A program made the position numbers and the translations under genes. Shown in pieces: positions 8,502 to 17,289 of a stretch of DNA of 55,282 bases. Positions within the stretch are counted from its first letter, which is position 1. Every line of letters begins with the position of its first letter. Under the pieces are notes generated by a model. It did not search any database. It was not told the origin of the DNA and was given only the letters and a program-made list of their open reading frames with translations. This DNA comes from a virus. Lineage: Duplodnaviria > Caudoviricetes. The stretch covers positions 1 through 55,282 of the IMG/VR virus record IMGVR_UViG_3300008120_000334. One strand, given 5' to 3'.

Positions 8502-9280
8502 TGAATACAGGGCAGATAGTACGAAGCAAGTCAACAAATAAGTTTGTGTCAATCCCTAACTCAATTGCTCAGGGAAAAGATTTGAGCCTTGGAGAAAGAG
8601 GGCTTATGCTATACCTTTTATCCCTCCCTAACGATTGGGTTGTAAACAAATCAAACCTTCACGAATTAGTAGGGGAGAAGAAGGGTACAGTTGACGGCAT
8701 TTTTAAAGCACTTCAATTAAAAGGCTTCATTGTATCGGAAAAGGTAGTTAATGAGCAAGGCCATTTTAAAGGCTGGAATCATGTAGTTTATGATGAGCCA
8801 ATCTTGCCCGACTCCGAGAATCACCGAAATCGGTTTTTACCGAAATCGGAAACGACCGACATCGGTAAAAGTTGCTCTATACAAAAGACTAACTTAAAAG
8901 GATTACAAAGTACTAAAGATATTACAAATACCGTTTTTGAAAATTTTGAAGAAAATTCAAAAAACGAAGTACCAGCATTTGTTGAGGCAGACCGTCAAAA
9001 AGCAAGAGAGGCGGTAAACCAATCTGGCGACCTTTATGTGCAAATAAAGAAGTTAGGCAGTGATTTAAAAGCCGATAAAATTACGAGTGAAATACTTTGC
9101 GCCAATAACAAAATCACACCCTTCCAACTGCACCAACTGATTGATATTTTTTGCGATAGATTGGTTGTTTCGGGCGAACAAAAGAATAGGGCGAGTTTTA
9201 GAAGCTATTTTAATAATTGGCTACCTCTAAACCTTGACAAGGTAGTACCTAAGAAAGTGGAAAGTAGAATGGTCTATTAA
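8501..9280 (+). CDS. Replication initiator-like protein (N-terminal wHTH); likely start is ATG 8501
   Basis: FVSIPN...LSLGERGLMLYLLSLPNDW N-terminus; TAATG coupling at 8499-8503; internal iterons; precedes the helicase. Confidence 0.75.
   Translation: MNTGQIVRSKSTNKFVSIPNSIAQGKDLSLGERGLMLYLLSLPNDWVVNKSNLHELVGEKKGTVDGIFKALQLKGFIVSEKVVNEQGHFKGWNHVVYDEPILPDSENHRNRFLPKSETTDIGKSCSIQKTNLKGLQSTKDITNTVFENFEENSKNEVPAFVEADRQKAREAVNQSGDLYVQIKKLGSDLKADKITSEILCANNKITPFQLHQLIDIFCDRLVVSGEQKNRASFRSYFNNWLPLNLDKVVPKKVESRMVY
8807..8865. repeat. Four iteron-like CCGAnnTCGG repeats (putative origin of replication)
   Basis: Copies start at 8807 (degenerate), 8823, 8839 and 8855, exact 16-bp period, followed by an AT-rich tract. 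Confidence 0.7.
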
Positions 9281-9297
9281 CCCTAAACCCCTAAACC

Positions 9298-11163
9298 ATG
9301 AGCGGGCAAAAAGTTTTTCATCGTTGGAGTGATACAGGTATAGACCTAAAAGGGCGCAACCACGGACAATTAAAGACGCGTTGCCCGAAATGTTCTGATA
9401 CACGAAACGATAAGCGCGATAAAAGTTTGAGCGTTGATATAGATAAGAAAGTTTGGAACTGCCATTATCCACCTTGTTCTTGGTCGGGCGGCATTATGGA
9501 AGAAATGCAAAATAAGACTTCTTATATTCGACCTGAACCAAGAAGCCGACAGTTTGGAGAAAAAGTAGAAGGATGGTTTAAAAGTCGCGGTATCAGCAAG
9601 GAAACGTTGGAGTATTTCCAAATTACCGAAAGTGTTGAATGGATGCCACAAACCGACAAAAACGGTAACTGTATTAACTTCAACTACTACCGAGACAAAG
9701 AGTTAATAAATATCAAATTCCGTGACGGAGCCAAGAACTTTAAAATGGTTTCAAAGGCTGAATTGATATTTTACAACCTCAACGCTATCAAAGGCCGCGA
9801 CGAGTGTATTATTTGCGAAGGGGAGGTTGATTGTATGAGTCTATACGAAGCAAGCCTTTTTAACGCGGTAAGCGTGCCGAATGGAGCAAGTAAGGGTAAC
9901 GCCAAATTAGAATACTTGGATAACTGCTGGCCGTACTTTCAACACATGAAAAAGGTGGTTATTGCCACTGACGGAGACGACGCAGGTTTAATGCTTCGTG
10001 AGGAGTTAGCCAGACGCATTGGAAAGGAGATTTGCTACTTTGTGGAGTACCCAGAAGGCTGTAAGGATTCCAACGAGGTACTGGTAAAGTTTGGACGAGA
10101 GAAGTTAAATGAAGTAATACGGAGTGCAAAACAATATCCTTTAGAGGGCATTCAGACGCTTAATGATGTTGAAGACGAATTGGAGTATATCTATAAATAC
10201 GGTTTCCCTAAAGGCGACACAATAGGCTACCCAAACTTTGATAGGCTTATTTCATGGAGACGCGGAGAGTTTACAACAATCACAGGCATACCTCAAAGCG
10301 GCAAAAGTAACTTCATTGACCAAATTATGATACGGCTATCAGCCCGTCATGGTTGGAAATTTGGGGTTTTTTCTCCCGAAAGCGCACCTGTTCAACTTCA
10401 TTCAATCAGTTTAATTCAAAAGTACGTCGGCCAAACTTTTGCAGGTAAAAATAAAATGTCGGTCGAACACAAAGACAGAGCTAAAAAGTTTGTCAATGAA
10501 AATTACTGGTTTCTAAAGTTTAACGAAATCGACCTTACCATTGACGGTATATTGGCTAAAGCGCGTGAATTGGTTTTGCGTTACGGAATTGACGGGTTAG
10601 TAATTGACCCATTTAACTATATTGAATTTAACATGACTCAGGGCGAAACGGAAACACAGTACATATCTAAGGTTCTAACAAAAATCAAGACGTTTTGCGA
10701 ATTAAACAACGTGCATATCTGGTTAGTGGCACACCCGACAAAGATTGCAAAGGATAAAAATACGAAAATGTTTGAAGTGCCAAACCTGTACAGTATTAGC
10801 GGGAGTGCCAACTTTTTCAATAAAACCTACAATGGCTTTACTGTTTATCGGAATTACAAAACGGGAGTAGTGGACGTACACGTTCAAAAGGTGAAGTTCT
10901 TTTTTATGGGTGAGGTTGGAATGGCTTCTTTCCTGTACGACAAAGAAGGCGTAACGGGTAGATACGCAGAAGTGGAAGTTGACCCAGATACTGAGCAGAT
11001 AGTAGCCCGTCAAGCATGGGAGAATGAAATGGGAGATTTTGCGGTACAAGCCGAAATACCACTGGAAGAAGTAAAAGTGCCGCAACTAACACCAATTAAC
11101 GAACTTTTAAGAAAACCCGCTTGGGATGAAATAATGCAGGAGGAGGAGGCCGCCCCATTTTGA
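9298..11163 (+). CDS. Primase-helicase (Zn finger + TOPRIM + SF4 helicase; T7 gp4/Twinkle-like)
   Basis: CPKC...WNCHYPPC, ICEGEVD, ATDGDDAG, GIPQSGKS Walker A, VIDP, LVAHP motifs. Confidence 0.95.
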   Translation: MSGQKVFHRWSDTGIDLKGRNHGQLKTRCPKCSDTRNDKRDKSLSVDIDKKVWNCHYPPCSWSGGIMEEMQNKTSYIRPEPRSRQFGEKVEGWFKSRGISKETLEYFQITESVEWMPQTDKNGNCINFNYYRDKELINIKFRDGAKNFKMVSKAELIFYNLNAIKGRDECIICEGEVDCMSLYEASLFNAVSVPNGASKGNAKLEYLDNCWPYFQHMKKVVIATDGDDAGLMLREELARRIGKEICYFVEYPEGCKDSNEVLVKFGREKLNEVIRSAKQYPLEGIQTLNDVEDELEYIYKYGFPKGDTIGYPNFDRLISWRRGEFTTITGIPQSGKSNFIDQIMIRLSARHGWKFGVFSPESAPVQLHSISLIQKYVGQTFAGKNKMSVEHKDRAKKFVNENYWFLKFNEIDLTIDGILAKARELVLRYGIDGLVIDPFNYIEFNMTQGETETQYISKVLTKIKTFCELNNVHIWLVAHPTKIAKDKNTKMFEVPNLYSISGSANFFNKTYNGFTVYRNYKTGVVDVHVQKVKFFFMGEVGMASFLYDKEGVTGRYAEVEVDPDTEQIVARQAWENEMGDFAVQAEIPLEEVKVPQLTPINELLRKPAWDEIMQEEEAAPF

Positions 11164-11360
11164 GAACACTGCACACAGGGGAAACCTACCAACACGAAAA
11201 CGGTAGTTCGATTGTAATTGTAAGCCCAATTTACGTTAGTCTGAGCCTGCCGCCGATTCGTTATCGGGTAAAAAAAGTGGACGGGCAAAAAGAGTTCACT
11301 TACTCAAAAGAAGAAATGCAGGATTTAATTAACCAAGGAAAATTAAAACGAACCTACTAA
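11160..11360 (+). CDS. Hypothetical protein
   Basis: Overlap-coupled ORF. Confidence 0.55.
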   Translation: MRTLHTGETYQHENGSSIVIVSPIYVSLSLPPIRYRVKKVDGQKEFTYSKEEMQDLINQGKLKRTY

Positions 11361-11539
11361 TGCCTAAAAAACCACAACCCCAACAAACCCCCGTCCAAGA
11401 CGCACGGGAACGCGTCGAAAGCATCCTGTTTATGCCGTTTCCTTATCAGCGAGACATGGCAATAGAAGTATTAGAAATTCTTTGGAGTTCAACGAGTGAA
11501 GAAGAGTATTTTCATCGGATTAAAGAAGTGAAGGTGTAA
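11360..11539 (+). CDS. Hypothetical 59-aa protein (not in ORF track)
   Basis: TAATG coupling at 11358-11362, TAA 11537-11539. Confidence 0.55.
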   Translation: MPKKPQPQQTPVQDARERVESILFMPFPYQRDMAIEVLEILWSSTSEEEYFHRIKEVKV

Positions 11540-11558
11540 AAAGCAAAAACCAACAACC

Positions 11559-11911
11559 ATGATTTACATTGGAATAGACCCAGGAGTTAACACAGGCGTT
11601 GCAGTCTGGAACTCCGAAACAAAAAACTTTTACTGCATTGAATCTATGACCATACTTGATGCAATGTACATTGTCAATGACCAACATATCGGCTGCAAAA
11701 TAAATGTAATCATTGAAGATGCCAGACAAAGAAAATGGTTTGGAAACAGTGGTAAAGAAGTTCTGCAAGGTGCAGGAAGTATAAAAAGAGACTGCCAAAT
11801 ATGGCAGGAGTTCTTAGAAGCCAACGAAATTACCCACTATTGGGTTGCGGTTACACAGGCAAAACCAATGAGCATGGTCGCGATGCCGCGATGCTTGTAT
11901 TTAAACGATGA
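11559..11911 (+). pseudogene. RuvC-like Holliday junction resolvase with an internal deletion/frameshift near 11849
   Basis: IGIDPG...IIE N-terminus; the expected C-terminus GYTGKTNEHGRDAAMLVFKR* is in the -1 frame (11849-11911) and its TGA overlaps the next ATG. Confidence 0.75.
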
Positions 11912-12342
11912 AACTAAAAACCCTTGGCAGCGTTAAAAAAGGTCAGCTTTCTATCTACAAAAGAGACAAGTTTCTGACAGCCCTGCAAGACTACGAAGGG
12001 TGTATAGTTGAGGTGATTATCCGAAAGAAAACTAAGGGTCGTAGTCTTCAAGCAAATAGGTACTATTGGGGTGTCGCACTGGATATTGTCAAAGACGGAC
12101 TAAGGGAGGAACACGGCAATCGGTACGGTTTGGAAGAGGCTCACGAAGAGGTTAAGAAAAACCTCAACGGCTTTGAAGTACTTGACCTTGAAAACCTGAA
12201 GGTTGAAGTTGTACCAGAATCAACGGCTGATTTGCCGAGCGAAGAATTTGAAGCCTTAATGGAAGATTTACGCAGGTGGGCTTACGAGTTTTTGAAGGTT
12301 ACAATTCCCCTGCCGAATGAAATTGAAGTATTGAATTTTTAA
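11908..12342 (+). CDS. NinB/YbcN-like recombination protein
   Basis: RSLQANRYYWG...STADL...EF..LME...WA...IPLP pattern. Confidence 0.7.
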   Translation: MKLKTLGSVKKGQLSIYKRDKFLTALQDYEGCIVEVIIRKKTKGRSLQANRYYWGVALDIVKDGLREEHGNRYGLEEAHEEVKKNLNGFEVLDLENLKVEVVPESTADLPSEEFEALMEDLRRWAYEFLKVTIPLPNEIEVLNF

Positions 12343-12359
12343 CATAAACAAACAAGACG

Positions 12360-12881
12360 ATGAAAGTATTAATTACGGGATGTAGCCATAATAGTTTCTG
12401 GTATTCTTCCAAAGTTGGGGAATTATTTGATATAGAGAACACCGTTGAGCATGGAGTTTGTGTACATACCGATGAAGATGTAGATAATGGGTTTATTAAG
12501 CGCAAAGACTGCCACGTTATCCAATCAATCGGCACGGTATTGACGGAGTGGGAGAAAGACGGGGGAGAGTTGGAGTTTTGGGGGAAAAGTTCCAAAGCGT
12601 GGCTTAAAGTTGATGATAGAGACGAGTTTCGCTTAAATAGCATCCTACGCATCAAGCCCGTCGAACAGCCTCAATACCGACCTTATACCTTTGAAGAGGC
12701 CAAGGAGGTGTTTACAAAGAATGCGTGGATGATAGACAAGCAAACAGGAGAATTGGTAATGGTTTTCAGGATAAAAGAAGGTGGGGTTTTCTTGGCGAGT
12801 TGCCCTAAAACTGAATACGATTTATTGCTTTCAAATTTCAATCACCTCGACGGAACACCGTGCGGGGTAAAAATTAACTAA
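12360..12881 (+). CDS. Hypothetical protein
   Basis: 173-aa ORF in the operon; QYRPYTFEE...DGTPCG phage-type motifs. Confidence 0.7.
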   Translation: MKVLITGCSHNSFWYSSKVGELFDIENTVEHGVCVHTDEDVDNGFIKRKDCHVIQSIGTVLTEWEKDGGELEFWGKSSKAWLKVDDRDEFRLNSILRIKPVEQPQYRPYTFEEAKEVFTKNAWMIDKQTGELVMVFRIKEGGVFLASCPKTEYDLLLSNFNHLDGTPCGVKIN

Positions 12882-12894
12882 TCAAATCAAGATA

Positions 12895-13296
12895 ATGAAA
12901 AACGAAATAATGCCACCCATGCCAAAACAGGCAGAAATTACAGAGGATTTTGTAGATAGTATTTTGGCTATCAACGCAGCCGCAGGATTTAACATTTTTC
13001 TCATTGACGAACTCGAAAGAAAGCACAACGTTAAGTACAATTTCAAGCTAAAAAAGTACGGCAATATGTTTCGAGACGAACTTCTAAAATCGGTCAATCA
13101 AGTATGGCTAAAAGGTGGGGAGTTTGATTCAGAACAAATCTCACAACAACAAATGGATACCTACCTAATGACGGAGCAAATGTTTAAGATGTCGTTGGAA
13201 GTGTCTCGGAAACTATCGCCAGAGCAAACCGAAAAGTTTAAGCTGTCTTTTCAAAACCTTCTTTATTCCTTCAAACTTGAATTACCTACTGTATAA
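12895..13296 (+). CDS. Hypothetical protein
   Basis: ORF coupled to the HU gene. Confidence 0.65.
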   Translation: MKNEIMPPMPKQAEITEDFVDSILAINAAAGFNIFLIDELERKHNVKYNFKLKKYGNMFRDELLKSVNQVWLKGGEFDSEQISQQQMDTYLMTEQMFKMSLEVSRKLSPEQTEKFKLSFQNLLYSFKLELPTV

Positions 13297-13829
13297 TGAC
13301 AAAACAAGACATAATATCCAACGTAGCAAAGGCTACTAATCTCCCATTAGACGACTCACGCAATGCAATAGAGGCGTTCATAGAAACTGTTAAGCAAAGT
13401 TTGGCCGAAGGTCACGCGGTTATTATTAGAGGGTTTGGCAGCTTCTCACCTTTGTACCGCCCAGCCAAAAAGGGTCGAAACATTAAAAAGAACCTATCTA
13501 TTGACATACCCGAAACGACTGTACCCAAGTTCAAAGCGTCTGACGAATTTAAGGCAGCTTTGGGCGGCGCGCCCATCAAACGCAAGGTAAAAAAGTCAAC
13601 AAAACTAACCCATACAGAGGCTAAACCACTTGCCAACGTAGGCGACAATTACAAAACCAACAGAGGCAATTTGTGGCAGGTTTACGACGTGCAGCCTGTT
13701 TTGGTTAAAGGTAAAGTAACTGATTATGAGTACAAGATTTGGCGTAAAGCAGCGCGGCGGGTTTCCAGACGGAAAGTGACAAATAGTACAATTTTTGGTA
13801 ATGTCGTTAAAAAGGAGGCAAAGCAATGA
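13296..13829 (+). CDS. HU/IHF-family DNA-binding protein with C-terminal basic extension
   Basis: MTKQDIISNVA...IIRGFGSF...KKGRN...IDIP...PKFKAS. Confidence 0.9.
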   Translation: MTKQDIISNVAKATNLPLDDSRNAIEAFIETVKQSLAEGHAVIIRGFGSFSPLYRPAKKGRNIKKNLSIDIPETTVPKFKASDEFKAALGGAPIKRKVKKSTKLTHTEAKPLANVGDNYKTNRGNLWQVYDVQPVLVKGKVTDYEYKIWRKAARRVSRRKVTNSTIFGNVVKKEAKQ

Positions 13830-13984
13830 AAGCAGCAGTACAAGAAATGAAGCAACTGCGTGACGAACTTCTGCTAAAAAAGCGAAACGCACTAAAAAAC
13901 GGAGATAAGCAGCAAGCGCAAGACGCAAACTTACAGGTGAAAAACCTGAATAAGCACTTAAGGATTATTAGAAGAGACTACTAA
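13826..13984 (+). CDS. Hypothetical 52-aa coiled-coil protein (not in ORF track)
   Basis: ATGA overlap with HU; ends just before the terminator. Confidence 0.55.
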   Translation: MKAAVQEMKQLRDELLLKKRNALKNGDKQQAQDANLQVKNLNKHLRIIRRDY

Positions 13985-13985
13985 G

Positions 13986-14005
13986 GCCCCACACGGGGCT
14001 TTTTT
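13986..14005 (+). terminator. Rho-independent terminator
   Basis: GCCCC-ACAC-GGGGC followed by T6. Confidence 0.8.
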
Positions 14006-14217
14006 ATTGCCTCGGATAAAACAACCCCAATACGTCGTTTACCAAAATCCTAACGATTTGCACGGCACTTGCTAAGAGTGTTTTCTTTTTCATCGCATTT
14101 TTTTGCCAAAACTACGGAAAAGATAAAAGAGGTGAAAAATATTTTTTCTTCTAAGTTTCTGAATCTCAAATTGTTATTTAAAATATAAAAATTTTATTTA
14201 AAATATCTTTACCTAAA

Positions 14218-14249
14218 TTTGGTATTTAAAATAACATTTACTAATTTTG
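14218..14249 (+). promoter_or_regulatory. Promoter of the long plus-strand accessory operon
   Basis: TTTG 14218-14221 and TAATTTTG 14242-14249. Confidence 0.65.
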
Positions 14250-14277
14250 AATCATCAAACAAAAAGGAAAAAACACA

Positions 14278-14487
14278 ATGGCACAGCACGATTGGACAAC
14301 CAGCAAAAAAGTAGGTCGCACCTGCTTAAAGTGCGATTCATACCAAGAAGCTATGGATATGTGCTACGAGTACGGTGGTAACACTCAGCAAATCGAAGGC
14401 CATTGGTACAACGTTTGGCCTTTGGAAGTGCAAGACGCGGGGCTGGACGAAAGGCCTTATTTGTTTGATGTTTCTTCAATTCGATAA
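14278..14487 (+). CDS. Hypothetical protein
   Basis: First ORF after the promoter. Confidence 0.6.
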   Translation: MAQHDWTTSKKVGRTCLKCDSYQEAMDMCYEYGGNTQQIEGHWYNVWPLEVQDAGLDERPYLFDVSSIR

Positions 14488-14506
14488 CTCTAAAACCCCT
14501 ATCACA

Positions 14507-14827
14507 ATGAATAGCCTTTTAGAAAAGTACAAGATACAGCAAATTCACATTGCTGGTGCAACCAAAAAGATTGAATACTTGCAAGCCGAAATAAAAAAGC
14601 ATGAGGCTATGCTTGACCTTATCGAAATTGACGCAGTAACTCCAAGCGAACTAATAGCCGAAGCACTTGAAAACGCTGGCATTAACGGTTTTTATGTGCT
14701 AAACGCCCCTGCTGGTTCTATTCCCGCCGCTGGCCTTATCCGCCGCGACGTAATGATTGACAGCATTAGGGCCGTCGTTTCCCTCGACATTGATACCTCA
14801 GATTTACTTATTAAAATCAGCCTGTAA
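14507..14827 (+). CDS. Hypothetical protein (start ATG 14507)
   Basis: Non-overlapping ATG with an A/C-rich leader inside the 14375 ORF. Confidence 0.6.
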   Translation: MNSLLEKYKIQQIHIAGATKKIEYLQAEIKKHEAMLDLIEIDAVTPSELIAEALENAGINGFYVLNAPAGSIPAAGLIRRDVMIDSIRAVVSLDIDTSDLLIKISL

Positions 14828-15068
14828 ACAGCCTTGAAGTTTTAGTTTAACCTCTACCCCCTTCACTCTTGCGCAAAACAGGAGCAAAAGTATTTTGATA
14901 AAGGGTTTATTGAAAAACATCTTTCCCCCTGCGTTTGCAGGGGGCAAGGGTGAAAGGGTTTAGAAGTAGTTAAAAGAGGAACGTTGAGTATAAGTAAGTT
15001 AGTAGGGTAGGATTCACTCCCTACTACTTAAATTTTTCACCGAAAACAACTTTTAAAATCATAAAACT

Positions 15069-15290
15069 ATGTCATTTATCAAATTCACAATCGAAAACGG
15101 AAGTACATATATTGTCAATATAAATGAAATTACTGACGTAACAGTTTCTCAAGACGGAAATGCTCGCATTAGCTTTTCTGACATCGACAACTACGTTAAA
15201 ATTGACAATTTCCCATTGGGAGAATTTGAGGCCGCACTAAGAGTTTTAGGCGTACAGTGCGTAGAAATAAAGCTACAAAAAAAACAGTGA
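15069..15290 (+). CDS. Hypothetical beta-rich protein
   Basis: ORF with A-rich leader. Confidence 0.65.
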   Translation: MSFIKFTIENGSTYIVNINEITDVTVSQDGNARISFSDIDNYVKIDNFPLGEFEAALRVLGVQCVEIKLQKKQ

Positions 15291-15331
15291 TAACCTTATT
15301 TTTTCACCGAAACCTTTAAACTCAAAATATC

Positions 15332-15448
15332 ATGCAAAAACCACAAATCACCGAAGAAGACCATGAAGGTATGTTTTGGATGTTTATAGCGATTCTTGTC
15401 TGCGCTGTAAGCTTTGTAACTCTAATCATTTACCTAATATTTCAATGA
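15332..15448 (+). CDS. 38-aa single-TM micropeptide
   Basis: MQKPQITEEDHEGMFWMFIAILVCAVSFVTLIIYLIFQ; ATGA-coupled to the next ORF. Confidence 0.55.
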   Translation: MQKPQITEEDHEGMFWMFIAILVCAVSFVTLIIYLIFQ

Positions 15449-15561
15449 AAGCCCCACGCAAAGAAAATCTTCTTTTTGGCCTTGTGGGTATTCTTTCCGC
15501 AATAATCATACTGGCCGTAGTTCTTATCCAAATTCAAAGAATCTTAATCTTTTCACCATGA
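15445..15561 (+). CDS. 38-aa single-TM micropeptide
   Basis: MKAPRKENLLFGLVGILSAIIILAVVLIQIQRILIFSP; ATGA-coupled on both sides. Confidence 0.55.
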   Translation: MKAPRKENLLFGLVGILSAIIILAVVLIQIQRILIFSP

Positions 15562-15668
15562 ACGCTTCAAACAACTTTCAAAAACCACAACCAGGTGAAT
15601 CTACTTTCATGCACGTTGTGGTGATTTTATCGGCTGCCGCGCTTGCTTGGGTGGCGTTATTTCTTTAG
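15558..15668 (+). CDS. 36-aa single-TM micropeptide
   Basis: MNASNNFQKPQPGESTFMHVVVILSAAALAWVALFL. Confidence 0.5.
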   Translation: MNASNNFQKPQPGESTFMHVVVILSAAALAWVALFL

Positions 15669-15701
15669 CAAATTTTCAACTAATCATAACTACTTAGCAC
15701 A

Positions 15702-16349
15702 ATGTCACTAATTATTTCAGAATCCCAATCAACGCCAAGAACACCTATCCCCGCTGGAATGTATCTTGCTCGCTGCTATGGCCTTATCCAAGTTGGCCGT
15801 TATACAGAGTATTCAGATTTTCTTAAGAAAGACGTAATCGAAAACAAAATACGCATTACTTGGGAATTACCAGCCCTTACAAAAGAGTTCAAAGAAGGTG
15901 AAGGAGAAAGACCTTATTCAATCTCCAAGGAGTTCACTATGTCGCTCAACGAAAAAGGCAACCTACGCCCATTCCTTAACTCGTGGCGCGGCCGTTCTTT
16001 TACAGAGGACGAGCTGAAAGGCTTCGACATTCTTACAATCGTTGGTGCACCGTGTATGCTTAACATCATTCACAAAAAGTCAAAAGATGGCTCAAAGACC
16101 TACGAAGAAATCGCAACAATTACGCCTTTGATGAAAGGTACAGAAATGCCACCAGCTTTCAACGAAAAGCAAATATTGACCTACTCAGGCTGGAATCAAT
16201 CTTTGTTTGATTCACTCCCTGACTTCATCAAAGATAAAATGAAAAAGTCTGACGAGTACTTGGCAATGGTTGCACCATCTCACGTTGAGTCTGCACAGTC
16301 TCCCGTAAATGCTGAATCGTCAGACAAAGACGAAGCCTTGCCGTTTTAG
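15702..16349 (+). CDS. Phage ssDNA-binding-like protein (NGO0469-like)
   Basis: PAGMYLARCY...SLNEKGNLR.FL.SWRG...PCMLNI; acidic tail ending DEALPF. Confidence 0.7.
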   Translation: MSLIISESQSTPRTPIPAGMYLARCYGLIQVGRYTEYSDFLKKDVIENKIRITWELPALTKEFKEGEGERPYSISKEFTMSLNEKGNLRPFLNSWRGRSFTEDELKGFDILTIVGAPCMLNIIHKKSKDGSKTYEEIATITPLMKGTEMPPAFNEKQILTYSGWNQSLFDSLPDFIKDKMKKSDEYLAMVAPSHVESAQSPVNAESSDKDEALPF

Positions 16350-16396
16350 TTTACCCCATAAGGGGAGCGTCAAACCTCCCCAAAAATTCTACTACA

Positions 16397-16627
16397 ATGC
16401 AAAAATTCAAAATTAAACAGTGGGCGTATTTCATACATACCCACGGAGGCGTAAAGTTTGGCTACGAACCAATTACACAGGTGCTTGAATCCGAAAAAGA
16501 AGTAAAGTATTGGTTTGATAATGTTGTATGCCATCAATCGCAGGTTTTTGAAACCAAACAAGAGCTGAAGGCAGAACTGAACAATGCAGTTGATAAGTTG
16601 GGAAGTGTTGAACCTTTTAACCCCTAA
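16397..16627 (+). CDS. Hypothetical protein
   Basis: ORF in the operon. Confidence 0.6.
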   Translation: MQKFKIKQWAYFIHTHGGVKFGYEPITQVLESEKEVKYWFDNVVCHQSQVFETKQELKAELNNAVDKLGSVEPFNP

Positions 16628-16639
16628 CCCCTAACCATC

Positions 16640-16852
16640 ATGGCAATACAAATCAAAAACAAAGCGGCACTTGCGCATAGGCTTGACCAGCAAACCTATA
16701 AAGGCGAGATTAGGAAAGACCCAGATTATTACATTACCTGCGTGGTGATGGACGAAAGAAAACCTTTTACAATCACTTTTAACCCTGTGCTTCTTGATAA
16801 GAAGATTGAGAAGTACGGTGATAGGTTGATTTTACCGAATGTAACCAAATGA
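16640..16852 (+). CDS. Hypothetical protein
   Basis: ORF in the operon. Confidence 0.6.
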   Translation: MAIQIKNKAALAHRLDQQTYKGEIRKDPDYYITCVVMDERKPFTITFNPVLLDKKIEKYGDRLILPNVTK

Positions 16853-16887
16853 GCGCAAACCCCAAAAAACTAACCGCCACGTTCAGG

Positions 16888-16917
16888 ATAATGCCTTGAG
16901 CGGCTTTGTAAAACTCA
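16888..16917 (+). repeat. 30-bp leader element, copy 1
   Basis: ATAATGCCTTGAGCGGCTTTGTAAAACTCA, identical to 49748-49777. Confidence 0.9.
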
Positions 16918-16925
16918 TAATTAAA

Positions 16926-17117
16926 ATGCTTAAAAAATTAGAAACATTAAAAGCAGAACTTGAGAAGATGTATGCAGTTGAACTTCTTGAGTATTACGAC
17001 AAAAATCATTTGTCTGGCGATAATAAAACCAGAAGTGAAACAAGACAAGAACAACTGCAATACTCAATTCGATTAATTAACGAAATAAATGAAACAGCTC
17101 AGAAAGTTGTAAACTAA
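16926..17117 (+). CDS. Hypothetical helical protein (start ATG 16926)
   Basis: ATG lies 8 nt after the 30-bp element, the same spacing as at copy 2. Confidence 0.65.
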   Translation: MLKKLETLKAELEKMYAVELLEYYDKNHLSGDNKTRSETRQEQLQYSIRLINEINETAQKVVN

Positions 17118-17166
17118 TTTTTGTGGCTCGTAGGATGCTCGGTGTTAGGTGTAGTGGAATCGTATT

Positions 17167-17289
17167 TAATTTGCGATTGCCGATGGCGGGGACTTAGAAC
17201 CAAAAACGTTCGGCTTAACAACAAAATTTAATAAGATGTCAGAAATATTAACAACAACCGAAACCCCCGCTATTGGCAATGTGCTGTTA
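17167..17289. repeat. attC-like site 1 (degenerate left core, TAAT)
   Basis: ATTGCCGATGGCGGGG / CCCCGCTATTGGCAAT arms; GTTA at 17286. Confidence 0.7.

Noticed and set aside
9277-9297. AACCCTA-like short tandem repeats before start codons (also near 16618-16636)
   Set aside because: They are too short and consistent with A/C-rich unstructured leaders.
16888-16917. preQ1-I riboswitch identity for the 30-bp leader
   Set aside because: It has an AAAAC tail, but the first stem is only 3 bp and there is no queuosine-related gene downstream. Kept only as an unassigned element.
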